Below are positions 58,773-64,000 of a stretch of 64,000 bases of DNA, one piece after another. Below the pieces are notes generated by a model. It saw only the letters and a program-made list of their open reading frames with translations. It was not told the DNA's origin and did not search any database. Origin of the DNA: Macrostomum lignano. Taxonomy: Eukaryota. The translations under genes and the position numbers were made by a program. Where the stretch lies: contig NIVC01001580.1 in assembly GCA_002269645.1 (NCBI GenBank), positions 201,765-265,764 of the forward strand, given 5' to 3'. How positions within the stretch are numbered: the stretch's first letter is position 1; every line of letters begins with the position of its first letter.

Positions 58773-59417
58773 TTAAGCAAATACAAGATGGGGTCGCTGG
58801 TTGGGCAAATTCTGGCCCGCACTCGCAGCTCATCGGGAGTTGATGGGTGAAAATCCAGGAACAGGTAGCTCCCCTGCCCTGCGCGGTCACGTGCTTGAAC
58901 ACTGACAGCAGAAAGCCGGGCTTCTCTGTAAAGCACTGCCTGCCCAGTGCTGCAATCTGCAGCTGGTCTCTGGGGTTTTTCAAGATAGCTAAATACATTA
59001 CATTCAAGCTCATTGTTCGCGACTCTTTTCCCTTGAAAAATATATTCTGAGTCAGCATCACCAAAAGCACGGCAAGTGATGTGCGATTCCTGTGAAAAAA
59101 TTTCGCATTGAAGCAGAGTTTGAAGTTTCCTCTATTAAGTCATCGAAAACAACCAGGTCATTGGGCCTAAGTGCTGCCTCGATGTTGGTGGGAAATCCCT
59201 GGCGCAGCTGCACACCTAGGCTGCTCAGTTCTGCATGGCCTGCCTGTGAGATCCCATAGTACCACAGAACTCTGCCAGGCTTCACATCAAACATGACGTC
59301 TCTGTACTGGATCAGGTGTTTGACAAAGGTTGTTTTTCCTGCATTGGTGGGCCCGCAGACAATCATGCAGCTTCCCTGCCTGAGGCGGATATCGTAGCAA
59401 ACTTGCTTTTCTCCCAT
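58773..59417 (-). pseudogene. Packaging ATPase, full length but frameshifted (copy 2)
   Basis: Walker A/B, then LTQNIFFKG...SLNVMYLAILKNPRD and SYLFLDFHPSTPDELRVRA split over three frames. Confidence 0.85.
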
Positions 59418-59440
59418 GTTTAATGCATAAATATTAGAAA

Positions 59441-59952
59441 TCACGGACATCTTTTTCTTAAGTTGGCTTCAAACCTCTGTAAGATTCTATCATTCAAATG
59501 ATTTTTTCATTAGCATGCAAATGCTTCAAAATCCCCTCAAATGACCGATTGAACAGAAACTTTTGATAAGCAAAATAGATGCAAAACATTCCGCATTTAT
59601 TAGAGTTAGCACATTGAACTCTGTTTATATTGCTTCGGAGCCAAAAGCCAGTTGTTTTAATCTCTCGAAACAAATTATAAACCAAAGATAAAATTTCAGG
59701 TTCCCAGCCGAGGGAGTTGAACAACTCAATGCGATTTCCTTGCCCAACATAGCACACCACCCAGTGACCAAATGAGCCATTGTGCTGAAGTAGGACAAAA
59801 ACAAACTTGTTTTCAAAGGAAATTGATGATCTAAATTTTCTTTTTACATTCAAGGGCAGAGAATTTTTATAGCGCAAATGTAAAGTAACTATGAGAAATT
59901 TTTGGTAAGGCAAAAATTTTCTGGCGAGATTAAGTAGTTGAATTGCATCCAT
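59441..59952 (-). pseudogene. Adenain-like protease, copy 2 (1-bp deletion near 59506 after the catalytic residues)
   Basis: Collinear with 12979..13491. Confidence 0.85.
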
Positions 59953-59957
59953 GTCAA

Positions 59958-61239
59958 TTAAGAGGAATAGTCCAGCAAAAGCTCTCGGTGCTTGGTGACC
60001 TCAATCAGCGAGTCATACAGGCACATAGCAATCAGGGACACCGCTTCATTCAGAGCCTGTTGGAAGCGAATCTCCAGCCGCAGGTTGCCCTCCTTCTGTC
60101 CGTACCACAGAGCCGCTCCCTCGGGTGTGAGATCGAATGCAAACACCGTGTGTTGTTGGAGAAGAGCTGGTAGGGGATCCACGGACCGAGTTTGTGTGGC
60201 TTGCAGATTGACAGCTTTTCAGGTAGTGCAAGTATTCTCTTACGAAGGAATTGTTTTCAGGTGTGAAGGCGCCGTGGCACACGGTTTCCCCACCTTTCTT
60301 TAGAGCCAATCGGCTAAGGTTGAAGCTCTGGAACTGGAACGGGCTCGCGTGATGATGACCGTTGAATGCTCGGTGGCTCACGAAGGCCAGCATGATAAAC
60401 TTCGGCAATTTTCCATGAGTGAATCCTTCAATGTTTTTTGACTGAATACCCTGGGGTAGGATGAAGTTCTGCATTTCAGTTCGCTCGATGGGATACAGTG
60501 CATTTTGGTTTGTCAGCCCCTGCTCATGGGCCAGGCTGATGTGGGGCATCACTTTGACTCGGCGAAGATGCAGAATGCTGTGAGAGATTTCCATTCGGTA
60601 TGCCGCATTGTTTGCATTCGGGGTTCTGATGGCAAAGGCCCCATCGCTGGGGACCAGTTTGATGTGCAGGTGCAGATTGCTTAGCAGAAACACTGGGCAC
60701 TGGAAAACATCGCTGAAGAGCGGCCCCGCATACTCCATCCATTGGGATTCCCTGTGGCTCTCCGTGTGCTCTTCAGCTGCCGAGTTCGGCTCCAGGAAGC
60801 CAGCAGGGTAAAGTTTTAGTTGCTGGGCATCGGATGAGCTCATTAGTGCTTTGAAGTACGCATGGTAGGGATAGAGCTGGTCTCCACCAGACACCACTCG
60901 CTGGTTAATGCTCACAATTACATCTGAGAAGGCTGTAGACAGAACAAAATTTTCTGGGTGCACGTCACTGTCTCTGCGCTCGGTGATGATGCCATCTCCA
61001 TCTCGAACATCCTCCCTCAGCAAACCCCCATCCAGTCTCACAAGGCGGCAGCGAATATAAAGAAAAGAATTAAGCAGATCTGTGTATTCATCGGCAGATT
61101 GGTGGCAGTCAAATTCAATGGGAGAGTTTGCAACAATGGAATTAACTGGGTGAATATCAACATAAGTAGCTTTTTCAATGCAGGTTTGTAGAACGGGCGT
61201 CTTAAATAAATCAAGTCTGGGATTGAATCCGTAAGCCAT
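59958..61239 (-). pseudogene. Major capsid protein, copy 2 (1-bp deletions near 60149 and 60183)
   Basis: Collinear with 13497..14780. Confidence 0.88.
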
Positions 61240-61241
61240 GT

Positions 61242-61619
61242 CTATGACAGAGAGTCGAGCACGCGTTTCACAGTTTTCTTGCTGACTTTTTGCTTTCGCT
61301 TTCCTCCGCCTGCTCTATTCTTCTTTGCTTTCGTCTTCCTATTCTTAAGCTTTTTCCCACTAGCCTTGCTCGACCTCTTACTGCGATTTCCACCAGTTGC
61401 CTTTCGGGTGCCCTTCTTTTTCTTCAATCGTTTCGGACTTGCTTCAGTATTTCTTTTGCGCCTGACGTTGCTAAGCGTCGAGGCTGATGATGATGATATA
61501 GCCGCTGGCGGAGGCTGGTATGTCATGATCCCTGGGAAGCTCCCACAGCCATAGAGTGCAGGCTTTTCGTGTCCTGTCCTCACCCCCGAATATTGCTGGA
61601 TTAGCTGCTGGTAGTTCAT
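61242..61619 (-). CDS. Lys/Arg-rich putative core protein, copy 2
   Basis: Same translation as 14783..15160. Confidence 0.65.
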   Translation of the reverse strand: MNYQQLIQQYSGVRTGHEKPALYGCGSFPGIMTYQPPPAAISSSSASTLSNVRRKRNTEASPKRLKKKKGTRKATGGNRSKRSSKASGKKLKNRKTKAKKNRAGGGKRKQKVSKKTVKRVLDSLS

Positions 61620-62424
61620 TGAATGCGTTTCTCCTGAATTTGAACTGTAAGCAGAACAGGGCTGTGAGTCTGTGCAATCAGTGGGCAACCATAGATGTCC
61701 GCAGCTGAACTCGAATGCTGTGAAGAAGACTGATTCGTTGAATCGGGAAGAATATTGTTTTCTTAAATATTTTTGTTTGATAGTTGCCCCATTCAATGCC
61801 AGCTTTCATTCCAACTGTTCTCAACAAGGAGCTCCAGTTGCAATTAGTTGACTCAACGATACTGCAGTGCACATTGATTAAGCTGGTGCGCGGGCAGCCA
61901 ATGCAATGCTCGGATACGCGGCTCCCTGGCTGGATTTTCACAGCCTGGTTTCCAAATCCCAGCCAATGCAGAATTTTACTAGATGGAAGAAACAGCTCTG
62001 CTCTCGCAGTGTTGTTGTGCACCACAGTTCGTGAGTTGCGGATTTCGAACTTCATACCAAATTCCCTGTTGCCACTACGCCCCATCAGGCCGGACTCATC
62101 AGCCTCCATCTCAGACTCCCTGTCACTCATTGCATCAAAGAACAGCGAATCAGAGTTGGCCAGCAGCTCATTCAGGCGCTCCACCAGCTCCTCCACTCTA
62201 GCAAAGCGTCCGGGTTGAAGAACCAGGGCCTCATGCTCTCTTCCATCTGAGACAGTGAAGCAGTAAGGCTCGTCAACATTGAACCATGCAGCAGGCAGAT
62301 GGATTTCAGCCAGACCTGCCTCATAGTCCACATTTCGATCCAAGTAAATAGGTGAAGGCAGGTAAAAATTAAAGTCACTAGGAGTACCTTCAGCATGCTC
62401 ACTGTTAATCAAAATAGTTCGCAT
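61616..62424 (-). pseudogene. Minor capsid protein, copy 2 (1-bp deletion near 61698)
   Basis: Collinear with 15157..15966. Confidence 0.83.
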
Positions 62425-62460
62425 TATAATGATAAACTCAAGATGAGGGATGTGCCAAAG

Positions 62461-63526
62461 CTAAACCTTTCTTAAGTCTTTTTCATCCACCCAGCCAGTC
62501 GAGTCGTAGCCCGCCCATTTCACCAGATAGCGAATTTTTCCCTTCCGCTTCTCCGTTTTCAGGATCTTCTCAATCACATACAGCCGCTGTGAGTCCGGGA
62601 CAGCCTGCAGCTCGTGCTCATGGAAGAGTCCTCGAATCTCTTGCCCCCGCATGTCTTTAATCTTGTACATGTAGGGATAATGTTTTGGGGCTCTGCTCAC
62701 CACGGTGTACACTTCCTCACTCCAGCTCGCTTTGTATCCCTTTTTGAATATCCGTGGAGCATTGGAAATTCTCACTGACTGGTTTTCAGCGAATTAGGCT
62801 TCTTAATTTTTCTAGAGTCTCGACTGCTTTTCCATCGTACAGGTTCATCCACACTTCAGATTCATTCTCTTTGCAGACACTAGTGGGTGCCATTTTGATG
62901 CTTCTGTGGTAGGTATTGTTGTAGGATTTTACCAGCTTAGGCAGCACATCAAGCCAGTGCAGTGTGCTCTTGTAGGTGAAGTAGCGCCACATTCTACTTT
63001 TCAGAGTTCGATTCCATCGCTCAATGACAGCGCCTTCTGCTCGCTGTTAGTTGGGAAAGCCAGAATCCCTCTGTCAATGCAGTATTGACGGAAAGTGGAG
63101 TTGATAAATTCCTTCCCCTGATCTGTGCGAACTGTGCGCGGCTCGCTTTGAACTTCTCAGTATGCTCTCGAATGCTGACTTCACTTCTGCAGCAGATTTA
63201 TTTTTCAGTGCCTTGGCCCAAGCACATTTTGAGAGCACGTCAATGCATGTGAGAATATATTTGTAGCCTTTATTATGCTTTGCGAATGGAATCATTTCCA
63301 CTAAGTCAAGTTCCCACTGATCATCGATTGCGCGCACTATGATTGGGGCCCTTGGATATCGCCTCCTAGCTGGCTTGTGCAGAGTGTGCACTGGCTGCTC
63401 GCTGAGCCACTGCTCAATGCTCTTTGCAGATATTCGATCACCTCTTTGCCTCACTTCATGCAGCAACTTTGAGGCACAAGAAAAACTAGCCGGTTGCTCA
63501 GGTTTCAAATAAATTTTCTCCATCAT
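62461..63526 (-). pseudogene. int: Integrase-chromodomain, copy 2 (several small deletions)
   Basis: Collinear with 16004..17074, split over three ORFs. Confidence 0.88.
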
Positions 63527-63846
63527 GGGTTTATCAAGATACGTGCCTATCCACCTGCTCTAGCTGTACAGTATTTTTTCTTAAGTAGAAATTTATATTC
63601 CAATTAAATGATAGAGAAACGAGTGGCAAATTAATTTATTACTGTCAGATTGAAACCTCTAACATCGTAACAGTCGGTGTATTTTCCGAAAGCAAACAAT
63701 CCATAAAAACGAACACTAAAACACTCGCACACCAGCATTTCAGAAATAGCAGAGATAAAAAACAGCATAGTGCCGTCAGGCTGGATAATCATGTGCAAGC
63801 TAAAAGTAATTTAGTTAGTCCAATGCATTCAAAGCATTCTAGCTGT

Positions 63847-64000
63847 TCAGTTATCAAAGCGAACATTGGGCAGCCTCATCGCGTCCTGCCGACGAAGTTG
63901 AAATGGCAGCTTTCGCTTCCTGCTGCTGCTGCTCACCGTCGAAGCCGCTGCATGCGCCCTGAACTGATACCACACCGGATCTTCCTCAAGGTTGGTGTCC
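63847..64000 (-). CDS. PC4-like gene 3' end, copy 2 (partial)
   Basis: Matches 17395 onward; the window ends inside the gene. Confidence 0.75.
   Translation of the reverse strand, partial: DTNLEEDPVWYQFRAHAAASTVSSSSRKRKLPFQLRRQDAMRLPNVRFDN

Larger units (their letters stand above)
46401..64000. mobile_element. Polinton/Maverick element, copy 2 (left end to PC4-like gene; runs off window)
   Basis: Left terminus AGTAGTAGGGCG; same gene order and near-identical sequence to copy 1 from 55859 onward. Confidence 0.95.

Overview
Repeat-rich animal genomic DNA. The minisatellite-filled introns and the TRPM-like and fibrinogen-domain genes are reminiscent of a flatworm such as Macrostomum, but the species is not verifiable from sequence alone. 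The window holds two near-identical, same-orientation copies of a Polinton/Maverick (adintovirus-like) element. Copy 1 covers <1..18952 and ends in the right terminus ...CTACTACT. Copy 2 covers 46401..>64000, starts AGTAGTAG..., and is inserted in a coding exon of a TRPM-like channel gene. The element carries the standard core: protein-primed PolB, rve integrase with chromodomain, minor and major capsid proteins, adenain protease and packaging ATPase. Its notable cargo is a divergent TATA-binding-protein (TBP) homologue and a tandem PC4/Sub1-like protein, which together look like element-encoded Pol II initiation factors; this is the top candidate for an undescribed system. Copy 1 has been hit by a 5'-truncated RT-RNase H LINE flanked by a 955-bp target duplication, by a complete CACTA/EnSpm transposon, and by an internal ATPase deletion. 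Copy 2 contains a decayed P-element (THAP remnant, 8-bp TSD) and many 1-bp deletions that may be sequencing errors. The 27.4 kb between the copies is host DNA: a tandem family of secreted fibrinogen-domain genes, a 9-exon LRRC45 orthologue, the 3' part of the TRPM-like gene, and many satellites. All protein assignments are by-eye motif recognition; no database searches were run.
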